A DNA stretch of 32,000 nucleotides from NCBI RefSeq assembly GCF_000020025.1, contig NC_010628.1:5880001-5912000 (forward strand). The letters run 5' to 3'. Source of the DNA: Nostoc punctiforme PCC 73102. Lineage in GTDB: Bacteria; Cyanobacteriota; Cyanobacteriia; Cyanobacteriales; Nostocaceae. The notes under the pieces are model-generated. The model worked only from the letters and a program-made list of their open reading frames with translations. It was not told the origin of the DNA and did not search any database. Within the stretch, counting starts at the first letter, position 1; every line of letters begins with the position of its first letter. Position numbers and translations under genes: made by a program. Shown here in pieces: positions 1 through 9,043 of this stretch.

Positions 1-2225
1 GGATCGAGCGGCTGCATCTGCCATTCCACCTTACCTGCTTCCATCTTGGCGATGTCTAAGACATCGTTAATTAAAGACGTGAGCCGTTCTGCTTCCGACA
101 CAATAATGTTGAGATTATCCGCCACCCGCTTAATGGTTTTTTGAAGCTTGCGGTCTTCAGTAGAAATTATTGGAAACACATCGGTTTCTAGCTTTTCTTT
201 AATAATTGATGCAAAACCGAGAACAGAAGTTAGTGGTGTTCGCAGTTCATGGGAAACCGTTGAGATAAAGTCGGTCTTCATCTTGTCAATCTCTTTTTCT
301 GCTGTTATATCCCGAATCAGCAGCGCAGAACCGAAGCAGGCTAGGGGTTCTTGCTCTACCGTCTTTTTGAAAATAGCGGTCGCCACTGCCTGACCAATAC
401 GTTCCTTCGTCAGTGCAACTTCAGCAGAAAATACCTCTTCGGGATGAGATTGAGTTCGGGCAACCAGTTCTGCTAAACCAGATATCGGCAGTTCTCGGTA
501 GTGACCTTTGAGGGCGGTAGCTGTCAATCCATACATGGTTAAAAAGGCAGGATTGAAGTGGGTAATTTGTCCTGCGGTGTCTGCCACTAACAAACCATCT
601 GCTAAGTTATCTAAAATGGCATTTAATCCCTGCGCTTCTGCTAGGGTATTTTGCAGGGCAGCTGTCCGCTCGACAACTCTGGCTTCCAGTTCTTGATTCA
701 GTTGCCGTAGAGCGATTTCTGCTTGTTTGCGGGCAGTGATGTCGGTATTGATTTCCAGCACCGCGCAGGGCTGACCAGAGATGTCTCGTTGCAAAGTCCA
801 TCGACTCTGGACGGTAATCAGTTTGCCAAAATGGGTGAGGTGTTGCACTTCTCCTTCCCAATTTCCTTGCTCTAATAACTCTGCGATGATTTCTTCTTTT
901 GGTTTTGGAAAAGTTTTTTTGAGAAATGCTTGAATGCATTGGCCTTTTACTTCTTCACGCGTCCAACCGTAGAGTCTCTCGGCACCCTGATTCCAGTGAG
1001 AGATTTTGTCGCTCATATCACGGACGATGATGGCATCGCTGGAATGATTCAACATATCCAATAAACGTTGATTTTCAGCTTCTGCCAGCTTGCGATCGTG
1101 AATATCAGTACAGGTGCCAATCCATTCCCGAATACTGCCATCCTCTTCTAGGACGGGGGCACCACAGACAGAGAAGTAGCGGTATGTGCCATCCTTACCA
1201 CGCAGCCGATATTCGGTTTGGTAGATACCTCGGTTTGTCATAGCAGCATTCCAAACTTCTGTGGAGCGGGCACAGTCATCGGGGTGAATTGGATCGAGCC
1301 AGCCCCAAACCTCAACTTCAGCTTCGCTCTGCCCCGTATAGGCCATCCAGGTGAGCATTTCATTGCTTATTCCCAGTCCTTCCGGGGTAGCTGCCCAGAC
1401 TATCTGTGAAGTAGCAGTTACTAAGGAGCGATATCGTTCTTGAAGACGCTGATTTTCGGCTTCTGCCAGCTTGCGCTTGTGAATATCGGTGCAGGTGCCA
1501 ATCCACTCCCGGACGCTGCCATCTTCTTCTATAACGGGCGCACCCCAGACCCAAAAGTAGCGATAGTTGCCATCCTTGCCACGAATTCGGTATTCAATTT
1601 GATACATACTCAGGTTTGCTACGGCAGCACTCCAGACTTCTCCGGTGTAGGCGCGATCGTCAGGATGAACGGCATCAATCCAGCCCCCATTTTGCGCTTC
1701 AGCTAGACTTTGACCTGTATAGGCTATCCAGCTTGCCAGTTCAAAGCAAATTCCTTGTGGTGTGCTTACCCAGACAATTTGTGTATTAGCAGTTACAAGA
1801 GAACGGTATCGAGCTTCACTCTGTTTCAGGATTTGTTCAGTATGTTGGCGTTCCTGCTGAAAGCTTCGAAGGTCGCTGATATCCTCCACACTAGACCAGA
1901 TCAGTTGCTCCCCATCTTTCTCAATCATCAGTCCAGAGATCCTGACTGGAACCAGATGCCCCTCTTTGTGGATTAACTCCTTCTCATAGGGACCGTAGCG
2001 ACCAGTTTGTTCTAGGTTCTCTAGCGTAGCTTGGTCGGCGATCGCATAGTTTTCCGGAGTAATTTGCCAGTAGTTGAGATTCAGTGTTTCTGGAACAGTG
2101 CGCCCCAAAATTGCAGCATAGGCGGGGTTGATGTTAATTAGTGTCCCATCTGTTCGGCATAGTACTAGCCCAACAGGACATAGTTCAAATAGCTGACTGT
2201 TGTATTCATCAAGTTGGTTAAACAT
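1..2225 (-). CDS. Multi-PAS sensor histidine kinase, partial (the ATPase domain lies beyond the left window edge)
   Basis: Absent from the supplied ORF track because no stop codon falls inside the window. Manual reverse-strand translation from ATG 2225-2223 reads MFNQLDEYNSQLFELCPVGLVLCRTDGTLININPAYAAILGR... It stays open to position 3 and ends ...DFISTVSHELRTPLTSVLGFASIIKEKL...LINDVLDIAKMEAGKVEWQMQPLD. SHELRTPL is the HisKA H-box. Several PAS/PAC modules (GKDG.YRYF...REWIGTCTDIH.RK) precede it. Confidence 0.85.
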   Translation of the reverse strand, partial: MFNQLDEYNSQLFELCPVGLVLCRTDGTLININPAYAAILGRTVPETLNLNYWQITPENYAIADQATLENLEQTGRYGPYEKELIHKEGHLVPVRISGLMIEKDGEQLIWSSVEDISDLRSFQQERQHTEQILKQSEARYRSLVTANTQIVWVSTPQGICFELASWIAYTGQSLAEAQNGGWIDAVHPDDRAYTGEVWSAAVANLSMYQIEYRIRGKDGNYRYFWVWGAPVIEEDGSVREWIGTCTDIHKRKLAEAENQRLQERYRSLVTATSQIVWAATPEGLGISNEMLTWMAYTGQSEAEVEVWGWLDPIHPDDCARSTEVWNAAMTNRGIYQTEYRLRGKDGTYRYFSVCGAPVLEEDGSIREWIGTCTDIHDRKLAEAENQRLLDMLNHSSDAIIVRDMSDKISHWNQGAERLYGWTREEVKGQCIQAFLKKTFPKPKEEIIAELLEQGNWEGEVQHLTHFGKLITVQSRWTLQRDISGQPCAVLEINTDITARKQAEIALRQLNQELEARVVERTAALQNTLAEAQGLNAILDNLADGLLVADTAGQITHFNPAFLTMYGLTATALKGHYRELPISGLAELVARTQSHPEEVFSAEVALTKERIGQAVATAIFKKTVEQEPLACFGSALLIRDITAEKEIDKMKTDFISTVSHELRTPLTSVLGFASIIKEKLETDVFPIISTEDRKLQKTIKRVADNLNIIVSEAERLTSLINDVLDIAKMEAGKVEWQMQPLD
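1070..1831. repeat. Tandem 381-bp (127-codon) duplication of a PAS/PAC module inside the partial kinase gene
   Basis: gattttcagcttctgccagcttgcgatcgtgaatatcagtacaggtgccaatcca (from 1070) recurs as gattttcggcttctgccagcttgcgcttgtgaatatcggtgcaggtgccaatcca (from 1451), an offset of 381 nt. The encoded peptides align end to end: RYRSLVTATSQIVWAATPEG...IREWIGTCTDIHDRKLAEAENQRL against RYRSLVTANTQIVWVSTPQG...VREWIGTCTDIHKRKLAEAENQRL. Confidence 0.8.
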
Positions 2226-2238
2226 GGTTAAGGTTTCT

Positions 2239-4200
2239 TTAGCGGCGTATTTGGGTAGGGTTAGAACAACAGAACCAAGACAACAAAGTGGCGTAAAGCT
2301 TTAACGAAATTGGGTGGCGTTGGAACATCTGGTAAATTTGATCGGGTGATGCACCTTCTACATCTGGACTGTGCTGTGAAAGTCGCTGGATCAGTTGAGT
2401 ATGGCGGATCAGCAAATCCGTTGGTTTGAGCATTGGAGCTGTTGATGGAATGAAGCCGTCAGCATCGGGAGTGGGGGATGATTCGGTTGTGGGAGTTGGC
2501 GAGGCAGAGGTGTTATTTTGTTCTTCCGCAGCGTCTGCCAATGCACAATTTACTGGAATCTGAATCCAGAATTCTGTGCCCTCACCTGGTTGAGAACGAC
2601 ACTTGAGCATTCCCCCATGTTTGTCTACAACAATTTGGTAGCTGATTGCCATGCCTAACCCGGTTCCCTTACCAACATCTTTCGTGGTGAAGAAGGGATC
2701 GTAAATGCGGCGGATTACTTCCTCCTTCATGCCTGGGCCGTTGTCGGCAATGCGAATCACAACCCACTGGTTGTCAAGGACTTCAGTGCGAATGGTGATT
2801 TGTCCCGTAGGGGGGGGTATTTCTTCATTGCCCATTCCCTCCTCTAGAGCATCAATGGCATTTGCCAGGATGTTCATAAATACTTGATTCAACTTTCCGG
2901 GGTAGCATTCAATCAAGGGAAGTTTGGCATAGTCTTTAACTATTTCAATTTTCGGTCGGCGAATAGCCGCTTTCAGGCGATGGTGAAGAATCATCAGCGT
3001 CCCATCGATGCCATCGTGGATGTTGACGGCTTTCATTTCTGCTTCGTCATGGCGGGAAAAGTTTTTCAGAGATTGGACAATTTCTACGATGCGACCTGTG
3101 CCCAGTTTCATGGAATCTAGAAGTTTGGGGAGATCCTGTATGATAAATTCCAGGTCTATATTGTCTAACTCTGATTCCAGTTCTGGAGGAGTAACAGGTA
3201 GGAATTTCTGATACTTTTCCAACAGGTGCAACAAGTCTTGGGCGTATTCGGCAACATACCTTAAATTGCCGTAAATAAAGTTAACCGGGTTATTGATTTC
3301 GTGGGCTACTCCGGCAATAAGTTGTCCAAGACTGGACATTTTTTCGCTTTGGATTAACTGAGTTTGGGCCAATTGCAGCTCATGAAGAGCTTGCTGAAGC
3401 TTTTTTGTCTGGGCTTGTGCTTGGACGGCTGCTTGAGTGCTCTGCTCGTAAAGTACAGCTTTGTCAATGGCGATCGCTGTTTGAGAGGCAAAGATACTCA
3501 CAAGTTTCAGGTGTTCGGCTTTGTATGATTCGGTTTTGGATGCCCCAATCGCGATCGCTCCCAGTACCCGCTCTTTGGCTCGTAACGGTACACAAATTAT
3601 GGCGCTAACGTTTTTTTTCACCTCTAATCGAGGATCGGTTTGCACATCATTGATCAGTTCTGCCCGGTTGGATTGCACAATGTTGCCAATAATTCCCTTA
3701 CCTGGTTCTGGGTGGCTATCGTCAAAAAACTCCCCAAATTCGGCAATGATTTCAAATGCAGTTGCATCTGGACTCAAAAGCAGAATCATCCCCGCAGACG
3801 ATTCAATTAATCGACTTAATTCCTGAAGCACGAGTTGAGCAATCTGTCGCGTATCCAAACTTGTTGCGAGTTGAGTCGAGATATCGTCAAACAAATCAAT
3901 TTCTTGGTATCGCTCCAGCAATTCTATGGCCAGTACTTTCTTCTCAGCTTCTTGCTTGGCCAACAATGAGAGCAAACTTGCAACTAGAATTGCCTGCTCT
4001 CCTCCCACAACCCAACCGATGATTTCTCCTGACATTTCGATTGGATATCGGTTTTCGGTAGTTTGCTCCCCAATGCTAAGTAGTTTTGTGCCGTCTACCA
4101 GTTCAATATCAAGCGCAATGTTGAGCTGGTAGACTAAGTTATGAAGGAGAGATGGCAACTCTTTTTTGTTGAGAATCTTTCTGAGGCTAACTGGGGACAT
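2239..4200 (-). CDS. GAF-domain sensor histidine kinase
   Basis: ORF track 2239..4239. The preferred start is ATG 4200-4198 (MSPVSLRKIL...), with GAGGTG a few nt upstream. Contains a GAF-like region (GKGIIGNIVQSNRAELINDVQTDPR...VPLRAKERVLGAIAIG), a coiled coil, the H-box GVAHEINNPVNFIYGN and ATPase boxes FMNILANAIDAL, DNGPGM and GTGLGMAISYQIV. The stop at 2239 lies 13 nt before the next kinase start at 2225. Confidence 0.9.
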   Translation of the reverse strand: MSPVSLRKILNKKELPSLLHNLVYQLNIALDIELVDGTKLLSIGEQTTENRYPIEMSGEIIGWVVGGEQAILVASLLSLLAKQEAEKKVLAIELLERYQEIDLFDDISTQLATSLDTRQIAQLVLQELSRLIESSAGMILLLSPDATAFEIIAEFGEFFDDSHPEPGKGIIGNIVQSNRAELINDVQTDPRLEVKKNVSAIICVPLRAKERVLGAIAIGASKTESYKAEHLKLVSIFASQTAIAIDKAVLYEQSTQAAVQAQAQTKKLQQALHELQLAQTQLIQSEKMSSLGQLIAGVAHEINNPVNFIYGNLRYVAEYAQDLLHLLEKYQKFLPVTPPELESELDNIDLEFIIQDLPKLLDSMKLGTGRIVEIVQSLKNFSRHDEAEMKAVNIHDGIDGTLMILHHRLKAAIRRPKIEIVKDYAKLPLIECYPGKLNQVFMNILANAIDALEEGMGNEEIPPPTGQITIRTEVLDNQWVVIRIADNGPGMKEEVIRRIYDPFFTTKDVGKGTGLGMAISYQIVVDKHGGMLKCRSQPGEGTEFWIQIPVNCALADAAEEQNNTSASPTPTTESSPTPDADGFIPSTAPMLKPTDLLIRHTQLIQRLSQHSPDVEGASPDQIYQMFQRHPISLKLYATLLSWFCCSNPTQIRR

Positions 4201-4592
4201 AAAACACCTCATAAGCAGCAAGTTGCAAATTAACCCCATTCAAGCAAATTGGGTGATTAATTTTATCAATGAAGGCAGGAGATAGAGGGCAATAAGTGAG
4301 ACAGGACGCTCTTGGGTATTTTCCCCATAAGCGGCTGCGTTCGTGTAGCGTCTTCGTTCGCAAAGCGTGCCCGAAGGGCTTTGGAGATACCCGAAAGGTA
4401 GAAGGAAAACAGCCCTCTCTGGAAAAGAGAGAAATTATCATAAAAATCTAGAGATATAATAATTTACTAATTAAGGCTAGCTTTCCCAAAAATATTGGCG
4501 ATATAACAACGAAGTTGAGCGGTAACAAATACCTTTATACTTCGTAACAAAGGTATACTTTCATTTGTGTAACTTGCTTAGTGTTTTATGAC

Positions 4593-4694
4593 TTACGCAA
4601 AACCACAGGCCTAGGGACAATACCTTGCGGGTACTCCATTAGAGAACTCGTAGAGAAGCGGCTACTCTACGAGATGCTCCGCGAATGCGTCTAC
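4593..4694. repeat. Small dispersed repeat / hairpin element in the kinase upstream region
   Basis: Perfect 9-bp inverted repeat CTCGTAGAG (4647-4655) / CTCTACGAG (4665-4673). The 12-mer CTCGTAGAGAAG recurs at 12054-12065. The 12-mer TTACGCAAAACC (4593-4604) recurs at 21520-21531, next to another hairpin. Confidence 0.6.
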
Positions 4695-4904
4695 ATGAAT
4701 TCCCACTACCTGAGAATCAGGATTTTGGCTAAAGTTTTACGTGAATCCTTTTTACGAGATGCTGTTTGCATTCACTACAAGCCTTTAATTATTTACACCA
4801 CTTTACTTACTTGTAAATTTGGAATTAGCTTTTATTAATATATAGGTGAGCGCATTTTTGATACTGGAATAATCCCATGTCTGGCAAAATATAAATAGGG
4901 CACC

Positions 4905-4932
4905 AAAAGAAACTGCGATCGCAGTCTCTTTT
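4905..4932 (-). terminator. Probable intrinsic terminator centred on a HIP1 site, possibly bidirectional
   Basis: AGAAACTGCGATCGCAGTCTCT forms a GC-rich stem around GCGATCGC (4915-4922) with one mismatch. T-runs follow on both strands (ctcTTTTag on plus, ttTCTTTTgg on minus). It sits 40 nt past the stop of the minus-strand gene ending at 4972. Confidence 0.55.
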
Positions 4933-4971
4933 AGTACTTTTAAAAAGTATTGAGATAAGTAGTAGCTTCAG

Positions 4972-5472
4972 TTAGATCCGAGAATAGCGAAAACGAATTC
5001 TTAGTAACCGAAGCCAGCGTAACCACATTTGTGCAGGTTGTTCAAAGAATGTAAAAATATCACCGAAACCTAAATTAGTTTTGTGATGATGTAACCAGTG
5101 TCTTTCAGGAGTAGTAACAAATAAAATTTGGCAAAAAATATTTATAAGCTTTGGAGTTTGCCAACCAAGTACACTTATGTGTCTCCACCAGACATGAAAC
5201 TGACCAAGCAGCAATCCCGAAATAACGCCAATGGGAGAGAAAGACCACAAGACTACTGCTATGAGTACATAAGGCAAAGCTCCTAAGATACCATCTAAAA
5301 GAACTTGGGGATTAAAAGTCAAAATAGCGTAGTGGCGGAAGTCTTTTTTCCAGGAGTGGTGCGTTTTTAAATGAAGGCTACCAAAAACGTGCTCGGGTAC
5401 ATGGTAAATAAATGTAGAGAGAAAATCACCAAAAAACAGTAATAACCAAGCAACAGCGATAGCCTCAAGCAT
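4972..5472 (-). CDS. Small membrane protein of the fatty acid hydroxylase / sterol desaturase-like (His-box di-iron) superfamily
   Basis: 166 aa with several hydrophobic segments and four histidine clusters (HVPEH, HLKTHH, HVWWRH, HWLHHH), as in membrane di-iron hydroxylases and desaturases. GAGGAG lies upstream of ATG 5472. Confidence 0.6.
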   Translation of the reverse strand: MLEAIAVAWLLLFFGDFLSTFIYHVPEHVFGSLHLKTHHSWKKDFRHYAILTFNPQVLLDGILGALPYVLIAVVLWSFSPIGVISGLLLGQFHVWWRHISVLGWQTPKLINIFCQILFVTTPERHWLHHHKTNLGFGDIFTFFEQPAQMWLRWLRLLRIRFRYSRI

Positions 5473-6275
5473 TTGTACTCCTCAAGAATAGTTAGAAAAC
5501 TCCACAGAAAATATGCAAATGTCATGATGTCGGCGTAGACACATGGTTTCCTCCATGCAAGCAGCATTTGTGCTTCTCATGGATCTACGCTCCAGTGAAT
5601 TTGGCTCAGAGTATATGTAATTGGATCAGTTGCAGTTTCATGAATCTCCAATCCTTAAATGCAGTAAACAGCAACTCCTAATAACCTCCAGTTTGACTTT
5701 TAGCTCTGGGTTAATGGTAACAATACATCTAAAACCCGATGGGGATACAGTATTTTACCATAGTTACTACACAATCTTCTTACTAAGGCATACAGCGTAG
5801 GCAAAGATTGAGTTAAAGTTAGTACAAATTTAGGTTAAGGCTTTTTTTAAATTGCTAATTCCAAATTGATTGCAATTAAGTCTCAATGATGAATCTAATC
5901 AGAGTCACAGAAACAGAGATTGTGCCAAAATAATGTGGGTCATCAAGGTGAGTAAAGCGAGTTTACAATTAAACTCAGATATTGCAAAATTTGGAACATC
6001 TATAACTAATATGATTTTTAAGACAGAAGTGAGTAAAACCTAAATTTTGGCCCCTAAAATCAAATTTAAATTCAAATTTTACCTATAAAAATCGGAGCAA
6101 TACCTAGATTGAGCTACACCTAAGCTAAAATTAGCCCTGACATTATGAGCCTATAATAAAAAATAACCCTGTTTTATCTAAGCAGGTTGGGGCGAAATTG
6201 TGAGGAAAATGTCATTATATAAGCGTATTGCTATATACCCTACTTATTTTATAATCTAACAGAAGAAAGAGTTTT

Positions 6276-6725
6276 ATGATTAATTTTTTATCCATAAAAG
6301 TTGCGGAAATACCTAAAGATTACCCCGAAATTCAAGCAATTAGACGAGTAGTTTTTCTGGATGAACAAAAGGTAGATCCTGCCTTAGAATTTGATGGCAA
6401 AGATGCAATATCTGAGCATTTGGTTGCTTATTTAAATGAAGAAGCTGTTGGTACTGCCAGAATTAGATATTTGGAAGATAAAACTGCCAAGATAGAAAGG
6501 CTTGCAGTTTTATCTACAGCTAGAGGGCAAGGTATTGGTACAAAAATTATGGAAAAGGCACTACAGGTTATAGCTAACAAAAATATTACAGAAGTTGTGA
6601 TTCACGCCCAAGAATACGTGAAAGATTTATACAAAAAACTGGATTTTGTAGAAGAGGGAGAAATCTTTGAAGAAGCAAGCATTCTCCATGTGAAAATGAG
6701 AAGGAAAATCTCATCTTCTAAATAA
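6276..6725 (+). CDS. GNAT family N-acetyltransferase
   Basis: 149 aa. The acetyl-CoA binding motif A (LAVLSTARGQGIGTKIMEKAL, i.e. R/Q-x-x-G-x-G/A) is followed by the typical HAQEYVKDLYKKLDFVEEGE C-terminal segment. Confidence 0.85.
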   Translation: MINFLSIKVAEIPKDYPEIQAIRRVVFLDEQKVDPALEFDGKDAISEHLVAYLNEEAVGTARIRYLEDKTAKIERLAVLSTARGQGIGTKIMEKALQVIANKNITEVVIHAQEYVKDLYKKLDFVEEGEIFEEASILHVKMRRKISSSK

Positions 6726-6826
6726 TCTATTTATTTTAGTAAGTGGCGATGGCAGCAGGTTAAAAAATTACAATGATTTTAAATACGAAATTGCCTAACC
6801 AATAAACAAGGATTTTTCTAGTAAAA

Positions 6827-9043
6827 TTAGCTTAAATATCGCATCAGTAATGACTCTAGCTTAACTGTGCGAATTGGCTTAACAAGATAGTCATTAGCAC
6901 TAGCTGGTAACTTGTTAATTTCTTTTTCTATAGGTTCGCTCAAGGTCATTATTACAATCGGCGTATCTTTCCAAGAAGGATTTTGTCTAAGGATATTTAG
7001 CAAATTTAAGATGCTAGTTTTTTTAGTTAGCTGAAAATCAAAAAAAACTAAATCTGGTTTGAGGCTTTGTACTTGTTTCAAAAAATCGTTTTCATTATCT
7101 ATCCACTTGACTTTATAGCCTATTGACTCAAGATACTCTTGCAAAACTGTTGCAGTTTTTTCCTCTTCTTCTACAACTAAAATAGTTTTATTTTTGGGGA
7201 TATCTGGGGAGGAAAAGAAAGTAAACTCTTCTCCCTCATCTCCCTCATCTACCTCATTTTTCCCATCCTCGACTGCTTTCGAAGGTACTGGATTTGGTAA
7301 AAACAAAGTGAACTGACTGCCTTCTCCTAAAGTCGATGTAACAGTTACATCTCCACCATGCAAACGCGCTAATTTGCGTGTTAAAGCTAGACCTAAACCA
7401 GTGCCTTCATACTGCCTATTGAGTCGGCTATCAAGCTGTTTAAATGGTTCAAATAGAAATTGAAACTGATTTGGGTCTATACCAATTCCAGTATCTGAAA
7501 CTGTAAAGGTTATTCCTTGAGGTACTTTTTTCACTACCAGCGATACATTACCGACTGGGGTAAATTTAATGGCATTGGTGAGCAGATTGAGTAGCATTTG
7601 CTTGATTCGCCGCTCATCGGCAATACAAATATCCTCTTGTAGGTCAATTTTGTAGGTGAGTTTTAGCCCCTTTTCTGAGGCGCGATCGCGCACTGTCCAG
7701 ATGGCATAATTACATAAATCTGATACTGGTAAAGGTGACAGTAACAATTCTTCTTTGCCTTCTTCTACCTTCGATAAATCAAGGATATCGTTAATCAGTG
7801 CCAGCAAATGCTCACCACTACTATATATACAACTCACATATTCGTTCTGCTTTTCATTGAGAGAGCCAACTATTTCTTGTTGTAGTAACTGTGACAAGCC
7901 CATAATCGCATTAAGAGGTGTTCGCAACTCGTGGCTCATAGTTGCTAAAAATTCAGTTTTTGCCCGACTAGCAGCTTCTGCTGCTTCTTGAGAGGCACGT
8001 AGTTTCAATTCTGTTTCCTTGCGTTCAGTAATATCCTCAATCATCGCTAGAAAAAACTCAGGTTCACCATTGCTGTCTGGTATAACAGAAACAGAGATAT
8101 GAGTCCAAACTAGGCTACCATCTTTATGTAAGCAGCGTCTTTCCATCTCAATGCGATGTTTATCGACAGCCTGTTCCTCAAGTTTGGAGATTTGGAAGCC
8201 GAACCTTGAAGTTTTCCCTGAGTTTTTGCCAATTTCTGACACTAGTTGTTTGTAAAGTTTTAAATCCCCCTTTTGTATGGAAATGTAATCTGTAAAGCGC
8301 TTGGCGTATAGTTCTTCTCGGCTGTATCCTAAAATCTCGCACAGTACCGGATTAGTATCGACTATCTGCGCTTTCATATCTATAAGTCCAATACCAATAG
8401 AAGAACGTTCAAAAATTGCCCGAAATTTCGCCTCACTCTGTCGCAGTGCTTCCTGTACCACATTCCGCTCGCTTGCTTCTATAGCCAGAGTCACGAAATC
8501 TGCAATCGAGCCAGCAAAAGTTTCCTCTTCTAAAGTCCATTGGCGAAGTTCACCTATGTGTTCGTGGCAAACTACGCCTACCAAACGACCCTCTAGCCAA
8601 ATGGGTGCATCCAGTAGGGACGTGATGCCTAAAACACAAAGATAAGGCTGGGATAATTCTTGGGTTCTTGTATCGTTTATAGCATCATTTGCGGCAATGG
8701 TACGTTCTTCTTCTAAAGCCTGGAAATAAGCTGGATAATTTTCTTGTGAAAGCGAGTTACCAAAGCTATGCTCCTTGGTGTTTACATCATATAAATCGAT
8801 GCATTCAATTTTTGAGCGTTCTTCATTATATAACCACACCCCAACTCGCTTGACTAAGAGCGTCTGAGCAGCAGTTTCTGTAATCTCTTTCAATACTGCA
8901 TTAAGATTGCCTTGTTGAAATGTCTTGCTTCTTGCCAGTTGTACTAATGTCTGGCTTTGTTTTCGACGACTATTTTCTCTGATTTGTAAAGCCTCTTGGG
9001 ACTGATTTTGCTCTGCAATATCTCTAGCTGACACCACCTGCAT
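6827..9043 (-). CDS. Hybrid sensor histidine kinase (GAF - PAS - HisKA - HATPase - C-terminal receiver)
   Basis: 738 aa. Contains a GAF-like N-terminus (RVGVWLYNEERSKIECIDLYD...), PAS (FRAIFERSSIGIGLIDMKAQIVDTNPVLCEILGYSREEL), the H-box MSHELRTPLNAIMG, and N/G boxes (LLNLLTNAIKFT, DTGIGI, GTGLGLALTRKLA). The receiver carries TILVVEEEE...DLVFFDFQL...YLVKP. Confidence 0.9.
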   Translation of the reverse strand: MQVVSARDIAEQNQSQEALQIRENSRRKQSQTLVQLARSKTFQQGNLNAVLKEITETAAQTLLVKRVGVWLYNEERSKIECIDLYDVNTKEHSFGNSLSQENYPAYFQALEEERTIAANDAINDTRTQELSQPYLCVLGITSLLDAPIWLEGRLVGVVCHEHIGELRQWTLEEETFAGSIADFVTLAIEASERNVVQEALRQSEAKFRAIFERSSIGIGLIDMKAQIVDTNPVLCEILGYSREELYAKRFTDYISIQKGDLKLYKQLVSEIGKNSGKTSRFGFQISKLEEQAVDKHRIEMERRCLHKDGSLVWTHISVSVIPDSNGEPEFFLAMIEDITERKETELKLRASQEAAEAASRAKTEFLATMSHELRTPLNAIMGLSQLLQQEIVGSLNEKQNEYVSCIYSSGEHLLALINDILDLSKVEEGKEELLLSPLPVSDLCNYAIWTVRDRASEKGLKLTYKIDLQEDICIADERRIKQMLLNLLTNAIKFTPVGNVSLVVKKVPQGITFTVSDTGIGIDPNQFQFLFEPFKQLDSRLNRQYEGTGLGLALTRKLARLHGGDVTVTSTLGEGSQFTLFLPNPVPSKAVEDGKNEVDEGDEGEEFTFFSSPDIPKNKTILVVEEEEKTATVLQEYLESIGYKVKWIDNENDFLKQVQSLKPDLVFFDFQLTKKTSILNLLNILRQNPSWKDTPIVIMTLSEPIEKEINKLPASANDYLVKPIRTVKLESLLMRYLS
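7231..7257. repeat. 3 x 9-nt in-frame tandem repeat in the HATPase-receiver linker
   Basis: CTCCCTCAT CTCCCTCAT CTACCTCAT on the plus strand encodes the acidic linker EVDEGDEGEE on the minus strand. Confidence 0.8.

Noticed and set aside
148-1976. Eight ORF-track calls, six plus-strand and two minus-strand (148..393, 508..696, 607..939, 1218..1409, 1360..1554, 1440..1706, 1710..1976 and others)
   Set aside because: All lie inside the long open minus-strand frame encoding a recognisable PAS/HisKA kinase. They are antisense or off-frame, and their translations are low-complexity with no motifs.
4201-4239. N-terminal 13 codons of ORF 2239..4239 (MGLICNLLLMRCF)
   Set aside because: The internal ATG at 4200 has a GAGGTG ribosome-binding sequence just upstream. 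The extension has none and looks non-coding.
4187-4838. ORFs 4187..4441 (-) and 4581..4838 (+)
   Set aside because: They are translations of dispersed GC-rich hairpin repeats in an otherwise AT-rich intergenic region. They have no motifs and no ribosome-binding sites.
5367-5567. ORF 5367..5567 (-)
   Set aside because: It overlaps the 5' end of the His-box membrane protein gene in another frame. That gene has a strong GAGGAG upstream of its own ATG at 5472.
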